A stretch of DNA of 63,540 nt, the filler included, from Octopus bimaculoides (lineage: Eukaryota): assembly GCF_001194135.2 (NCBI RefSeq). It is 6 parts of 5 records of this genome, joined end to end, with 100 filler letters (N's around TTAATTAATTAA, not from the genome) between each part and the next. Parts side by side here need not be neighbours in the genome. Positions count along the whole stretch, not along the records: positions 33,808 to 50,458 come from NC_068998.1; positions 50,559 to 57,677 come from NC_068993.1; positions 57,778 to 61,733 come from NW_026402905.1; positions 61,834 to 63,540 come from NW_026381627.1; 2 more parts are not named here. One strand, 5' to 3'. A program made the position numbers and the translations under genes. Shown piece after piece: positions 48,775 through 61,993 of the stretch (positions are counted from its first letter, which is position 1; every line of letters starts with the position of its first letter). Below the pieces are notes generated by a model. The model had not been told where the DNA came from and made no database searches. It worked only from the letters and a program-made list of their open reading frames with translations.

Positions 48775-48950
48775 ATACAGGGAGAATTCACAAAAAAAAG
48801 ACGAAGACAAGTGGTGTAGACGACAAACATGTATTAGTTTAACGCTCGGGAAGTGAAAAACGTTTTAACGTTTCGAGCCTACACTCTTCAACAGAAAGGA
48901 ACATAGAAAGAAACAAGGAGAGAGAATAAAAAGAGAAAATAAAGAAGGCG
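48775..48950 (-). mobile_element. Penelope-like short element with hammerhead-like core
   Basis: Minus strand ctttctgttgaagagtgtaggctcgaaacgttaaaa followed by a T-rich 3' region. Confidence 0.55.
48863..48897 (-). ncRNA. Variant minimal hammerhead-like motif (CUGUUGA core)
   Basis: TTT-CTGTTGA-A-GAGT[GTAG]GCTC-GAAA-CGTT-AAAA. Confidence 0.45.
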
Positions 48951-50061
48951 AGNNNNNNNNNNNNNNNNNNNNNNNNNNNNNNNNNNNNNNNNNNNNNNNN
49001 NNNNNNNNNNNNNNNNNNNNNNNNNNNNNNNNNNNNNNNNNNNNNNNNNNNNNNNNNNNNNNNNNNNNNNNNNNNNNNNNNNNNNNNNNNNNNNNNNNNN
49101 NNNNNNNNNNNNNNNNNNNNNNNNNNNNNNNNNNNNNNNNNNNNNNNNNNNNNNNNNNNNNNNNNNNNNNNNNNNNNNNNNNNNNNNNNNNNNNNNNNNN
49201 NNNNNNNNNNNNNNNNNNNNNNNNNNNNNNNNNNNNNNNNNNNNNNNNNNNNNNNNNNNNNNNNNNNNNNNNNNNNNNNNNNNNNNNNNNNNNNNNNNNN
49301 NNNNNNNNNNNNNNNNNNNNNNNNNNNNNNNNNNNNNNNNNNNNNNNNNNNNNNNNNNNNNNNNNNNNNNNNNNNNNNNNNNNNNNNNNNNNNNNNNNNN
49401 NNNNNNNNNNNNNNNNNNNNNNNNNNNNNNNNNNNNNNNNNNNNNNNNNNNNNNNNNNNNNNNNNNNNNNNNNNNNNNNNNNNNNNNNNNNNNNNNNNNN
49501 NNNNNNNNNNNNNNNNNNNNNNNNNNNNNNNNNNNNNNNNNNNNNNNNNNNNNNNNNNNNNNNNNNNNNNNNNNNNNNNNNNNNNNNNNNNNNNNNNNNN
49601 NNNNNNNNNNNNNNNNNNNNNNNNNNNNNNNNNNNNNNNNNNNNNNNNNNNNNNNNNNNNNNNNNNNNNNNNNNNNNNNNNNNNNNNNNNNNNNNNNNNN
49701 NNNNNNNNNNNNNNNNNNNNNNNNNNNNNNNNNNTTACATTAGACTAAAATTTAGCTTAAAATAAATAAATAAATAAATAAATAAAAAATAGTTTTAAAA
49801 TGTTAAGGCTCTAATAATAATTAATTAATATAAATATTCAATTCTTGAACAATTCTACTTTCCTGCTTCAAGAGGTTTATTGCGAATTTCTGCGAATGTA
49901 TTTTTAGCGATTCTTTCGATTTAGATGTTTGGCAAGTTAAAGTTAAGTAGAACCATGCCTCTAATAATGAAACTTGAATAAAATTAAAACATGTCGAGAG
50001 TTATCTCCCATAGTCACCGAAAAATATTTAAGAAGAAAATCATATTATTTCTTTGAATAAT

Positions 50062-50228
50062 ATTGGTTTCAAATTTTGGTACAAGCAAGTTTGAGGAGGA
50101 GTAAGTTGATTACGTCAACCCTAGTACTCAACTCAGACTTAGTTTATCGACCTCAAAATGATGAAAAGACAAAGTCGATTACCGTGGGATTTGAACTCAG
50201 AGCGTAAAGATGAAAAGCCGCTAAGCCA
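50062..50228 (-). mobile_element. SINE family A, degenerate
   Basis: gtttcaaattttggtacaag ... gggatttgaactcagagc. Confidence 0.75.
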
Positions 50229-50235
50229 GATACTA

Positions 50236-50458
50236 GCTCTCATGGCTTCTGATCTTAACTGAATGGAAGGGCTCTTATGTACGTTATTTTGTCTTGGTAT
50301 AAAAGATGAGCTACAGCAAATATTCTGCTTGTCCGTTGTTTGATTTTAACCAGTTGAGCATGTCCTTTGGTGGCTGACGATATGTGCATCTCTGATCACG
50401 AGCAGAAGTAGTGGGGGAACATCATAGTCATGTGTTAGACAGGAATTCTTTGGGATTT
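50236..50458. mobile_element. Family E, partial copy
   Basis: gctctcatggcttctgatcttaa ... gaattctttggg, cut by a gap. Confidence 0.9.
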
Positions 50459-50502
50459 NNNNNNNNNNNNNNNNNNNNNNNNNNNNNNNNNNNNNNNNNN
50501 NN

Positions 50503-50514
50503 TTAATTAATTAA
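50503..50514. other. Assembly linker TTAATTAATTAA
   Basis: 44 N on each side. Confidence 0.95.
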
Positions 50515-51462
50515 NNNNNNNNNNNNNNNNNNNNNNNNNNNNNNNNNNNNNNNNNNNNGCACATATACACTGAAGCGCAATCATAAGAGCTGTGATAACC
50601 TGTCCTTTGATGTCACTTCTTTCATCTGCGTATTCTGCCTTGATGTAGTTTCTTATGTTTCGTCTTAAATAATTGATTGGCCAAATGTTCTTAGAATTTT
50701 CTAAATAACGTTGTTGGTTCTTTTTTTTTGTGGATGTTTTTTTTGTTTGCTTTTTGTGGACAAGGTATAACAGAGATAAGTATTCTTTTGAGGTGCATAC
50801 TATTGCAACATCTAGCCTTTAAATAGAGGAGAAGAGCGTGACTTTTCCAGAAAACAGTATCTCATGATACGAGGAGCAGAGCATTCATTTGCTAAGATTT
50901 GATGGCACTCTTTCAAATATGACTTAGATATAAATTATTTCTGTCGATTTAGTTTTCTCCGGGGAAGAGAAAAATAAAATTTTCAGTGTTATCTAATAAT
51001 TTAAATGGCACACTGAAACAATATCCTCCAAGTACAATGAAATTGTTGTCTAATTCAGTCGCAATCACGCATTGTGACTAAAACCTAGCTGGAAGCAAAA
51101 TCTACTCACTAAGAACAAGTGTCTTCCCACAAACAGAACGACTCGTTACACTTCTTGAAAATATTTGACATATATCCTTCAAATTCTGTTCTAGCTGTTG
51201 GCATTTTGGTGAGTGATACACTGTTATCCAATATAATATTTTCCAGTAAAATTTCCAATTCTTATAACGGATACTAACTCAAACAGTTAATAAAGTTTAG
51301 AAAATTTTGTAGGTCTGAATTGCATGTTTTCATCAACTCATCGAATTTTGAGGATACTAGTGAGATCCGTTCCTAAGTTCATCAGGACTCATGTGTATAT
51401 GTGAGAGTATAGATGTATATGCCTGTCTGTGTGTATACAGCTCTTTTTCTCTGTGTGCACAG

Positions 51463-51505
<43 letters not shown>

Positions 51506-52628
51506 TACACACACACACACACACAGATCCGCTGTTCGTAATGAAGAGAAGTACAAATATTTTAATTGCAATTATAAATATTCGGCTGAAATCTTATTTC
51601 TATTCATTTTCACTTTTGCTCGACCTAACTAGGACGACATTATCGAATTATAAAGAAGAAAATATCCTTTAATCTTGAATATGGTCAGAACCTCGCTGTT
51701 ACATAGATTAACAGAGGTGACACTATTAGTACGCAAGGAGCCATAACCCACAATTGAATAAGCTTTTCTTAAAAAATGTTCAGTAAAACATTGTTTATCT
51801 CTATGTGGAGAAATGTACGTGATAGTGAACATTAACATTTAGCCTAAATTTCAGATGAATTTCGTTACTACTGTAGCTTCAAACAGTCTGCAAATTTAAA
51901 TCACAAAAACAGGAATATGCTTGAAATCTCGAAGTTTGTATTTCTTTTGCAACAGAGAACACAAACTGGCTTCTTCCTCTACGTTAACCTATGTCCAAGC
52001 AAGATCAAGATCTTCAGTCTTTTAGTTGCTCATGTCTCATAGTATACACCGCAACCGTTATGTCTTTTAAAACGTACTCCATTTAAATGTAGGTGTATAT
52101 TCTCCATTTTAAAATCCTAATATTTTAAAGGGATGTTGTATTGTAGTTTATAATGCATATATCCGAAGGGATGATTCAGCGAACGATGTTTTAAAACTTG
52201 TTTAACAGTTTTACTACATGGTCTATTGTATTTGCTTTTGTTCTTCTGATAGAGATTTCTATCTAAAGGACAACTTATCATTTTACTAAAATTGCATTCG
52301 GGTTGTATTATTTGGGTGAAGATTTGCAATCCCAGGTGATGATAAAGACATAGCCGACCTTAAAGAATTATCATTGTTAATTTTGTGGTGTTTGTGAAAT
52401 GTTAACATGCGTTCAAATGAATGGCATAAATGACCTAGCAACATTTGTAAATGTATTTAAACTACAGCATAATTTTTCTATCTGAGCGCTTGGAAACATA
52501 TGATGTGGACTGTTCTAGATATTTCACTTTATTTATAAGATCATTTCTGATAAATGCGCTGTGGTAGTATCTGAAAACGTTATCTTTCCGAAGACAGACT
52601 AGACATATATCTACTAATGTCATGTGAA

Positions 52629-52872
52629 ATGCCTCGCATGATCTCCGATGGACAGATGGCGTTCTTATGTATAATGTTTCCTTACTGTGTTCACGGTAGG
52701 TGTAATGCCTGTTTGTGTTTAGTTTTCATTTGCACGTAAATAAATTATCCTCAGATTTGTTTTTATTACAATTTTTAAATAAGATTTTCTTAAAGTTGCA
52801 TGTATGCATTTTTGTGACTGCCTCCATTTTGTGCTCTTTCAGGTTTTGCGATACAGCGATCTCGTCGTTTCT
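52629..52872 (+). CDS. Speculative two-exon start of a secreted peptide (52629-52695 and 52843-52872)
   Basis: ATG frame to a phase-1 donor ACG|GTAGGT; strong acceptor ttttgtgctctttcag; splice gives MPRMISDGQMAFLCIMFPYCVHGFAIQRSRRF; no homology evidence. Confidence 0.2.
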
Positions 52873-53267
52873 GTAAATTATTATAATACTATACCATAAT
52901 CTACACGTATCATATAAAACAACTAAATCCGATATCTATGCTCCTATTTTCGTATTTTATTAGAAGAGAGTACGAAAGCGAATCGGAAAGGGTGAGAGTG
53001 AAAACATGTAAAAAAAGAAAGTGAGGAAGAGCAAGTAGAGATAGAAAGAAATGGGAAGGAACAGTTGAGGAAAATTAATTGATGGGTGTTTCCTGGCATT
53101 AAATACAAATACGATAAATTCAGTAAAATACAATAAAATACAATGAAACAAATATAATAAAATGGAGTGAAGTAAATAAAGATAACTGCTTTAATATTTG
53201 AAATTTCAGTAAAAGAAAAGTTATATTTCTAGATACTGTCTTTTCCTGTATATCTATCTATGTATAA

Positions 53268-53325
<58 letters not shown>

Positions 53326-54302
53326 CCAGACTTACACGTTCTACTTGGCACTTCATTCCTAAGAGAAGCTATCTACCTTTCCCGTAATTCTTACAATATC
53401 CACTTTCGAACAAAATCCTATTTCTCAATCAGATTTCTAAATCTCTTTTCCCTCTACCTTTATATCTATCAGTTATCTTTCAGGCACAATCTATCTTTAT
53501 TGCTCCGTTTTACTATGCTTTCTATTATATCTCCAGGCATTTTATTTAAATACATAATCAACTATTATCTGTTTCTTTTTCACTTTAGAATCTCAATATT
53601 TACAACTCTTGTCCTGACCAAATATCTAACTCCTCTCTAAGCATGTAATTTAAATAAAGTATTCAAATGCTGTAAAAATATATATGCACATACGTTATTG
53701 TGTATTCATGTGTTTATATGCGTATATATATATATATATATAAAACTTACTTGGAAAAGGATGCGTTGCGTTCGATCATATAATAATATAAATAATATAT
53801 AAATATATGCATATATCCATACATATATGTAATACATACATACATACATACATATATACATACATACACGCATGCATGCATACAATAACAAAGTATCATT
53901 TGATATCTTGTCGTGATATAATACATCCGTTTCCATGAACGCCAATCTTAACCTTAATTCACAGATCAGCCTAAAGGGTACGAAAATTCTTGACAATTGC
54001 CTGAAGCCAGCCGATTTTACCGTTGCTACACATGGTATAGATACTGATAGAGAGAATGGTGGTAGGAGGGATGGAGAGGATGCAGATAGTAGTTTGATGA
54101 TGTTGGGTTGGTGAGAAATTGCTAATAGCTTTGAACATGAAAATGAGATTAGTGGTGCTGGTGGTGGTGGTGGTGGTGGTGGTGCTGAGATTGGCAGTAC
54201 TGGTAGTGGTGGTGAGATTGGCAGTACTGATGGTGGCGGTGTTTTACGTTGCTGCAATGATATTAGATCGATGTAGTATTGTCGATGCTGTTTTGCTTTA
54301 CT

Positions 54303-54352
54303 GTTTCCCAGGATTCGGATCAAAGATTTTTCAGACGTGACCATCCTGTTTT
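54303..54352 (-). mobile_element. Degenerate family F 3' end with decayed (CAA/CAC)n tail toward 54050
   Basis: cccaggattcggatcaaagatttttcagacgtgaccatcctgtttt resembles ccccagg...gatcaaagatgttccagccgtgacc. Confidence 0.5.
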
Positions 54353-55337
54353 AAAAAGTGCACGTACGAACATTATCAAACGTGGTTCTTTAATGACAAT
54401 ATTCTATGAATTGAGCGAGCTTTGGCTGCTATGCACGAGGGCGGTCATATATTGCCCCGCCTTACTGGCGTGTCTCATCATTTTGCTCGTGCTGGTGGTG
54501 GTATTGATACTGTTGGAGATGTTGGTGGTGGTAGACATTTGACTGTGATAATAGTAGCGGTGTATTTATTTAACGGTGACGACGATGAGGGCGATGCTTG
54601 TCGAGCTAGAGAATATCTCTTTGTGTATTGTGTCCCAATGGTGTCATTATCATTCAATGGTTCGACGATTATTGCACAATTAAGATCATCAACTTTACAC
54701 AAAGGGATCCCATAAGAATTCGGAACAGTGTCACCTTTCCAGTGCCATAAAAGACATTTTTCATCCACCAATATTAGTTCCACTTAATGGAACCAACTGC
54801 ATTACCATCACCACCACTGCCACGACCACCAACACCACCACCACTGCCACAACTACCACAAACACCACGACCACGATCACAACCATGATCACGACCATCG
54901 CAGTACAGAAGACCAAAATATGACGAAGAAGACGAAAAATAAGGAGGAAAAGGAGATTGGAGTAGGAGGAAGAGGAATAGAAGGCGGAGAAGAGAAGAGG
55001 AGGGAGTGATACAGAAGAGAAGACAAAGATAGCAGGAACATTAATTCATTACGTTATGATTGAGTAGGACGAAGCAATTTTAGTTGAGATTATAGAAAAT
55101 GGAGAAAATGAAAATACTGGAGAAAGATGCAGATGAACGAAACAAGAGAAGATGGAAAGAAAAACGACTACAAAAATGTGAATAAAAGGAATACTTCAGC
55201 GAGGAGCACATCCAGAATGTGGAACCTAATCATGGAGAAATGAAGTCATCAATTTATTAGACAGACATTCCCAGACACCAATTTTGAAAGTAATCAACTT
55301 GAGATATACATATACACATGCACGCATACATACTGTT

Positions 55338-55397
<60 letters not shown>

Positions 55398-55398
55398 G

Positions 55399-55446
<48 letters not shown>

Positions 55447-56059
55447 TGATAGAGAGATAGAGAGATCGATAGATTGATAGATAGGCAGACAGACAGGCTG
55501 ATAGGTACAAACATGCATACATATATATATATATACATCTATCTATCTCTTTCTATATATATAAGTATACATGTGTGTGTGTATTTATATATACATGTAT
55601 GTATGTATGTATGTATGTATGTATGTATGTATGTATGCATGTATGTATGTATGCATGTATGTATGTATGTATATACACACTCAGAACTTTCCATTATCTA
55701 TAAATTACCATATCTGTATCCTTTGTCCTGGAACCGAAATGCAACTAAATGATAATTTCACTAATATGTAACAGCAAAAGTTATAAATTGTCATAAATAC
55801 TAATATAGTTCCTATGTCCTGGTTGTTTAACCATAGGTAAGTAGCCGTCGATTAGACCTATCATCAACTATATTTCAGATGCAATCCTTCCAGCCCACAT
55901 TATCCAATGTGCCTTACTTTACAAAAGATAGTCGTATATGATTCAAGTGTAATTGGTTGCTCTTTGCTACTGATGGAACAACTTCTCAAAAGTACTGCAT
56001 GTAGCTTCAATAACATATTGCTAGAGCAACAGGATGAAATACATATTTATATATAGTGT

Positions 56060-56930
56060 TGAGTCAAAAGTTTTGCAATAATTTGGTAACTGATTTGCTT
56101 CATTCAAGTTACAACAAAAGCAGTTTAGCATTGAAAGTAGAGGCCATCGTATTGCATCGTCTGAAGCCACCTTTCGGTCAGTTCTTTGATCCCACAACGA
56201 TACCAATCCTTGTCCTTTGAAGCAAAGAAATCCTTCACTGAAGCTTCTACTTCTTGGTTGATGAAACCTCGCGAGAACAGGAAGTGTACCATGGATTAGA
56301 ACAAGTAATAATCCATAGAGGGCTAGGTCTGGATAATATGATCGATGTGGCATTAGTTTGATTCTCTCAGGCTCCTGGAGTTTATTCCGGATCGTTCGAG
56401 TGCTATGAGGTTTCTGCAGAAGAGTTTACTTTCTGTTACCAATGCTGAATATTTTTAGCGCACAATGGCATACAATTGTGAAATGCTGATCCCGGCTAAT
56501 ATTTTCCAAGTGCTGCAGACCGGATTGGCTTCTATGGCCTGAAGCACGGCGTAGCTGATGTACGGTTTTAGGCCGACTTGATATTGCCTGATACTCAAGG
56601 TCCTCGCAACCTGAATGTAACTTCTTGAAAAATTTGGTTACTGTACTATGATCAACTGCGCCTTCATGTTTCACACAGCAAATGTGTTTTGGTTGCTTCC
56701 GCACCGTTATTGTCCAGTTGAAACTCGTAAAGCATGAGTTCCGGAATTAGACTACGTTGCATGTTTATCTGTGCGGCTTTAAAATCACCTACAGAGTGAA
56801 GCAATGTACAGTGTGTCAGCACACCAACTATCACGATACTACTAACGTAAGCAGGTATCTTCCACTGCCTCAACTGCTTTGGTCCTGTGACAAACTCGCC
56901 GTAAACTAGCACTTGTTTACAACTACATAA
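56060..56930 (-). pseudogene. Mariner transposase remnants (N-terminus ~56470-56770, C-terminus ~56135-56360; catalytic middle deleted)
   Basis: ELMLYEFQLDNNGAEATK..ICCVKHEGAVDHSTVTKFFKK..SSRPKTV and PHRSYYPDLA / DYYLF*SMVHFL...KDFFASKDKDWYRCGIKELTERWLQTMQYDGLYF. Confidence 0.9.
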
Positions 56931-57091
56931 ACTCTTCAAACAATTCACACGCACACGTCTCCAACATCCAAGGGGCTAAAAATGTGTCGACAGTAGGGGA
57001 CATAGGAGTCATGACCTAAATACGGGCTGCCCTCCTTAGAGTGTAAGAAATTCAATCCCCAAAATGATAATAATAAAATAATAGTATTAAC

Positions 57092-57137
<46 letters not shown>

Positions 57138-57657
57138 CCCCTGATGAAGTACCAGGCAGTGGCTCTCATGGCTTCTGATCTTAAATGATTGGTATAAAAT
57201 GTCTTGGTATAAAATATGGGATATAGCAAATATTCTGCTCAGTACCACAGATTTGCTTGTCAGTTGTTTGACCTTAACCAGTTGAGCATGTCCCTTGGTG
57301 GCTGACGATATGTGCATCTCTGATCACGAGCATTAGTGGAGAAGCATCATAGCCATGTGTTGAAAGGAATTCTTTGGGGTGTGGATAATTCACCTTTGGA
57401 AACATGGGTGTTTCGTCCAACATCCTTAAACAACCCTTATTCAGGGACCTTTTGAGCGGGATGGGCTACTCGACCTGCAGAAAATTCTAACTGGATCCAA
57501 ACTGCAAGGTCATGCGCTGTTTATCTTCATATGAGATCACCATGTCACGCACATATGGCTGTGATGCATGTGCGTGGTGTACCCTTATCAAACGGGCAGT
57601 CATTTTCGTATATTTTACCCCAGTGTCACTCAGAGGGCATACACTGCTCAGTCACTC
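57138..57657. mobile_element. Family E, flanked by (TAA)n on both sides
   Basis: (AAT)n-cccctgatgaagtaccaggcagtggctctcatgg ... cagtcactc-(AAT)n. Confidence 0.9.
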
Positions 57658-57721
57658 AATAATAATAATAATGATAANNNNNNNNNNNNNNNNNNNNNNN
57701 NNNNNNNNNNNNNNNNNNNNN

Positions 57722-57733
57722 TTAATTAATTAA
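57722..57733. other. Assembly linker TTAATTAATTAA
   Basis: 44 N on each side. Confidence 0.95.
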
Positions 57734-59601
57734 NNNNNNNNNNNNNNNNNNNNNNNNNNNNNNNNNNNNNNNNNNNNACATACATACATACATACATATA
57801 TATGTATGTATGTATATATATATATATCAAAATGGAAGGAAATTTGCATCATCTTAACTGTAAGAAAAATTCGAAATAAGTTGAGTCGAAAATCAAAAAT
57901 TAAAATAACACAACAAAATTAATAAGAAACATCAAAATAAAAGGTGAAATTACCTTTTATAATGTTTGATAACTTTTAATATTAAGAAATATGCTATGTT
58001 ATAAAATATCCATGGAATATAAGAAAGTATTTTCATTTGCTTCTATTGCAATGTGCAGATGATTTTGCTTATATTTATGTGAAATTACAATTATGATATC
58101 ATTATAGTATATGGTAGTAAGCATAGAGAAGAGAGAATAGATTTAAGTTCATAGATGGAGCATGGAAGCTGAGGAGGGAGTAGAGTAAATGGAATTTGGC
58201 GAAGGAGAGGACAGAGTGAAAGAAACAGAGGGGAGTAGATAGATAAAGGCAAGAGAGACAGAGAGAAAGGGAGAGAGGGAGAGAGAGAGGGAAAATTGGT
58301 TCGGTTTTGAGCAGAGACTGTTTAACGAAATGAACAAGGAATTTTATAAATAAATAGTAGGAATATAGGTACATATATAGATTGCGAAAGACATTCCTCG
58401 GACTGGAACTAAAAGGAAAAGGAAAAGATATATGTATATATAATAATATTTTAATAAGCTGAAAACTAATAAACGATCACAGTAAAATAGTAAGATTACT
58501 TTTTACAAAACTGTAAAAATCAACGCTTACCAAAATGCAACGCGGAATATATATATATATATANNNNNNNNNNNNNNNNNNNNNNNNNNNNNNNNNNNNN
58601 NNNNNNNNNNNNNNNNNNNNNNNNNNNNNNNNNNNNNNNNNNNNNNNNNNNNNNNNNNNNNNNNNNNNNNNNNNNNNNNNNNNNNNNNNNNNNNNNNNNN
58701 NNNNNNNNNNNNNNNNNNNNNNNNNNNNNNNNNNNNNNNNNNNNNNNNNNNNNNNNNNNNNNNNNNNNNNNNNNNNNNNNNNNNNNNNNNNNNNNNNNNN
58801 NNNNNNNNNNNNNNNNNNNNNNNNNNNNNNNNNNNNNNNNNNNNNNNNNNNNNNNNNNNNNNNNNNNNNNNNNNNNNNNNNNNNNNNNNNNNNNNNNNNN
58901 NNNNNNNNNNNNNNNNNNNNNNNNNNNNNNNNNNNNNNNNNNNNNNNNNNNNNNNNNNNNNNNNNNNNNNNNNNNNNNNNNNNNNNNNNNNNNNNNNNNN
59001 NNNNNNNNNNNNNNNNNNNNNNNNNNNNNNNNNNNNNNNNNNNNNNNNNNNNNNNNNNNNNNNNNNNNNNNNNNNNNNNNNNNNNNNNNNNNNNNNNNNN
59101 NNNNNNNNNNNNNNNNNNNNNNNNNNNNNNNNNNNNNNNNNNNNNNNNNNNNNNNNNNNNNNNNNNNNNNNNNNNNNNNNNNNNNNNNNNNNNNNNNNNN
59201 NNNNNNNNNNNNNNNNNNNNNNNNNNNNNNNNNNNNNNNNNNNNNNNNNNNNNNNNNNNNNNNNNNNNNNNNNNNNNNNNNNNNNNNNNNNNNNNNNNNN
59301 NNNNNNNNNNNNNNNNNNNNNNNNNNNNNNNNNNNNNNNNNNNNNNNNNNNNNNNNNNNNNNNNTATATATATATATATTGTTGTACTTGGGGATGGTCA
59401 TATTGCCAGTTTATAAACATTTATGCACAAACACACACACATATACATACATGTAGTTATTAAATACATACACACCTTTACATGAATACTTACATACGCA
59501 CACGCACACGCACATATATTATGCAAATTTCTAGTATATTACATATGATACATGAATATTATATATCTAATATAAATATATACACAATACACATGCACAT
59601 A

Positions 59602-59649
<48 letters not shown>

Positions 59650-60628
59650 CGTATGCAGCATATAAGAAAATAAAGGAAGTGATGCAGTAATTACCACAAC
59701 TAGTTTGAATTACCTATTTTCTGTGGGAACTGAACATTTCATCAATCGCTGTTCTGGTAGTGAAAGGTGGGAAAGATGGAGCATTCCAGCCTCAGATGAG
59801 TTAGCAAAAACACACGCACGCCCCCCTCCACCCGCGACGGCACATACACATGCACGCAAACATATATACACACACACACGTTCGATTATTGTGGATTAAT
59901 ACATCCATGTGTAGGTTTTTATACATGTGTATATGTATACGTGTACATACACACACACACACGCACACAGACACATATATATACATATACATACATAGAT
60001 ATATATATATATNNNNNNNNNNNNNNNNNNNNNNNNNNNNNNNNNNNNNNNNNNNNNNNNNNNNNNNNNNNNNNNNNNNNNNNNNNNNNNNNNNNNNNNN
60101 NNNNNNNNNNNNNNNNNNNNNNNNNNNNNNNNNNNNNNNNNNNNNNNNNNNNNNNNNNNNNNNNNNNNNNNNNNNNNNNNNNNNNNNNNNNNNNNNNNNN
60201 NNNNNNNNNNNNNNNNNNNNNNNNNNNNNNNNNNNNNNNNNNNNNNNNNNNNNNNNNNNNNNNNNNNNNNNNNNNNNNNNNNNNNNNNNNNNNNNNNNNN
60301 NNNNNNNNNNNNNNNNNNNNNNNNNNNNNNNNNNNNNNNNNNNNNNNNNNNNNNNNNNNNNNNNNNNNNNNNNNNNNNNNNNNNNNNNNNNNNNNNNNNN
60401 NNNNNNNNNNNNNNNNNNNNNNNNNNNNNNNNNNNNNNNNNNNNNNNNNNNNNNNNNNNNNNNNNNNNNNNNNNNNNNNNNNNNNNNNNNNNNNNNNNNN
60501 NNNNNNNNNNNNNNNNNNNNNNNNNNNNNNNNNNNNNNNNNNNNNNNNNNNNNNNNNNNNNNNNNNNNNNNNNNNNNNNNNNNNNNNNNNNNNNNNNNNN
60601 NNNNNNNNNNNNNNNNNNNNNNNNNNNN

Positions 60629-60693
<65 letters not shown>

Positions 60694-60808
60694 ATATATA
60701 CATACATACATACATACATACATGCATGTATTCTTTAAAGTGAAATTGGTAGTGGGGATTTTAAGTAGTGTGATAGCACATCTTAGGCATTGTTGTTCCC
60801 AATGGAAA

Positions 60809-61024
60809 GGCGGTGAGGTGGCAGAATCGTTAACGCGCTGGACGAAATGCTTAGCGGTATTTCACGCGTCGCTACGTTCTCAGTTCAAATTCCGCGAAGG
60901 TCAACTATGCTTTCATCCTATCGGGTTCGATAAACTAAGTACTCGTTACGCACTGGACTCGATGTAATCGACTATCCCCATCTCCCCAATTTCGGGCCTT
61001 GTGCCTATACTAGAAAAGATTATT
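60809..61024 (+). mobile_element. Full SINE family A
   Basis: ggcggtgaggtggcagaatcgttaac ... ggccttgtgcctatactagaaaagattatt. Confidence 0.9.
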
Positions 61025-61031
61025 GTTCTCA

Positions 61032-61290
61032 GTGGCGGCCCGTGACTTAGTGGTCAGGGTGTTGGACTCATTGTCGTAAGATGGTAGCTTCGGTTCTTGT
61101 TTCCTGTACCGGTGAATGTATTGTGTTGCTGACCAAAACACTTCATTTTCACGTAACTCCAATCCACTCAGCTGACAAAAATGAGTTATCCTGCGACGGA
61201 CCGGCGTCCTGTCCAGGTGGAGAATTTATACACCATGAAACCGGCCCTATGAGTCGGCATGACATGAGAAGAAACTTTACCATTTTTTTT
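61032..61290 (+). mobile_element. tRNA-headed SINE with V-domain-like block
   Basis: Head gtggcggcccgtgacttagtggtcaggg; cctgcgacggaccggcgtcctgtccagg resembles the V-SINE GATGGACTGGCGxCCxGTCCAGG block (from memory). Confidence 0.7.
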
Positions 61291-61777
61291 TATCACTATT
61301 GTCCCCTGTCTACTTTGACAGCCGTGTGGGTCCCAACTAAGGCTTACTGTATATTTGGTAATCCATCTGAGACAGAATTGTGCTTGGTAGGTGTCAGGGC
61401 GAGCAATAAAACCGCCGAAAGTGAGGGACAACTAGATGTTGTCACACGTTCTACTATTTACTGGTCATGATTATTGGTCATCTCGCTACCTGTTACTAGC
61501 TAGCTACAAATCACAGATTAGTAATAATCACTAATCATTGAGAGAGTGGCACTCGTGTTATAGAAGCACTTATCACTATAATCCAATGATGTTTAGATGT
61601 CTCTTTATAGTAACTTTATTCATTTCAAGCTACTGTTAATCTTATGGTAATTGAAAAGTGGCAATGGAAAGGTCATGGACGGAAAGTCAGAAATCGTGTG
61701 GAAAAGAGGAGCTGTCTCCTTATATATATATATNNNNNNNNNNNNNNNNNNNNNNNNNNNNNNNNNNNNNNNNNNNN

Positions 61778-61789
61778 TTAATTAATTAA
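61778..61789. other. Assembly linker TTAATTAATTAA
   Basis: 44 N on each side. Confidence 0.95.
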
Positions 61790-61993
61790 NNNNNNNNNNN
61801 NNNNNNNNNNNNNNNNNNNNNNNNNNNNNNNNNAGACAGTGTATCCCGTTGAATTCATTAATTTAATTCATAGCTAAAGTAACGAAAAAACCCACAAAGT
61901 ACAGGTTTTTATGACAAACCATGTTATTTTGCCAAGCGGGTTTACAGATAGAAGTGCAAAGTACATAAGGAGTTAGAGAATGAACAGAAGTTT

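Noticed and set aside
53706-54344. 212-aa proline-rich minus-strand ORF with an AGGATGG start context and a CAA|GTAAGT donor near 53750
   Set aside because: Its ATG lies in a degenerate family F copy, the Pro run is a decayed (CAC)n tail, and the C-terminus is (TATG)n microsatellite; no recognisable domain
54790-54900. His-rich plus-strand frame
   Set aside because: Degenerate (CAC)n repeat, stop immediately upstream, no start or acceptor
36-60743. Dozens of ORFs with YIYI, VCVC, HTHT, poly-T/S/V/L or X runs
   Set aside because: They are translations of microsatellites or N gaps
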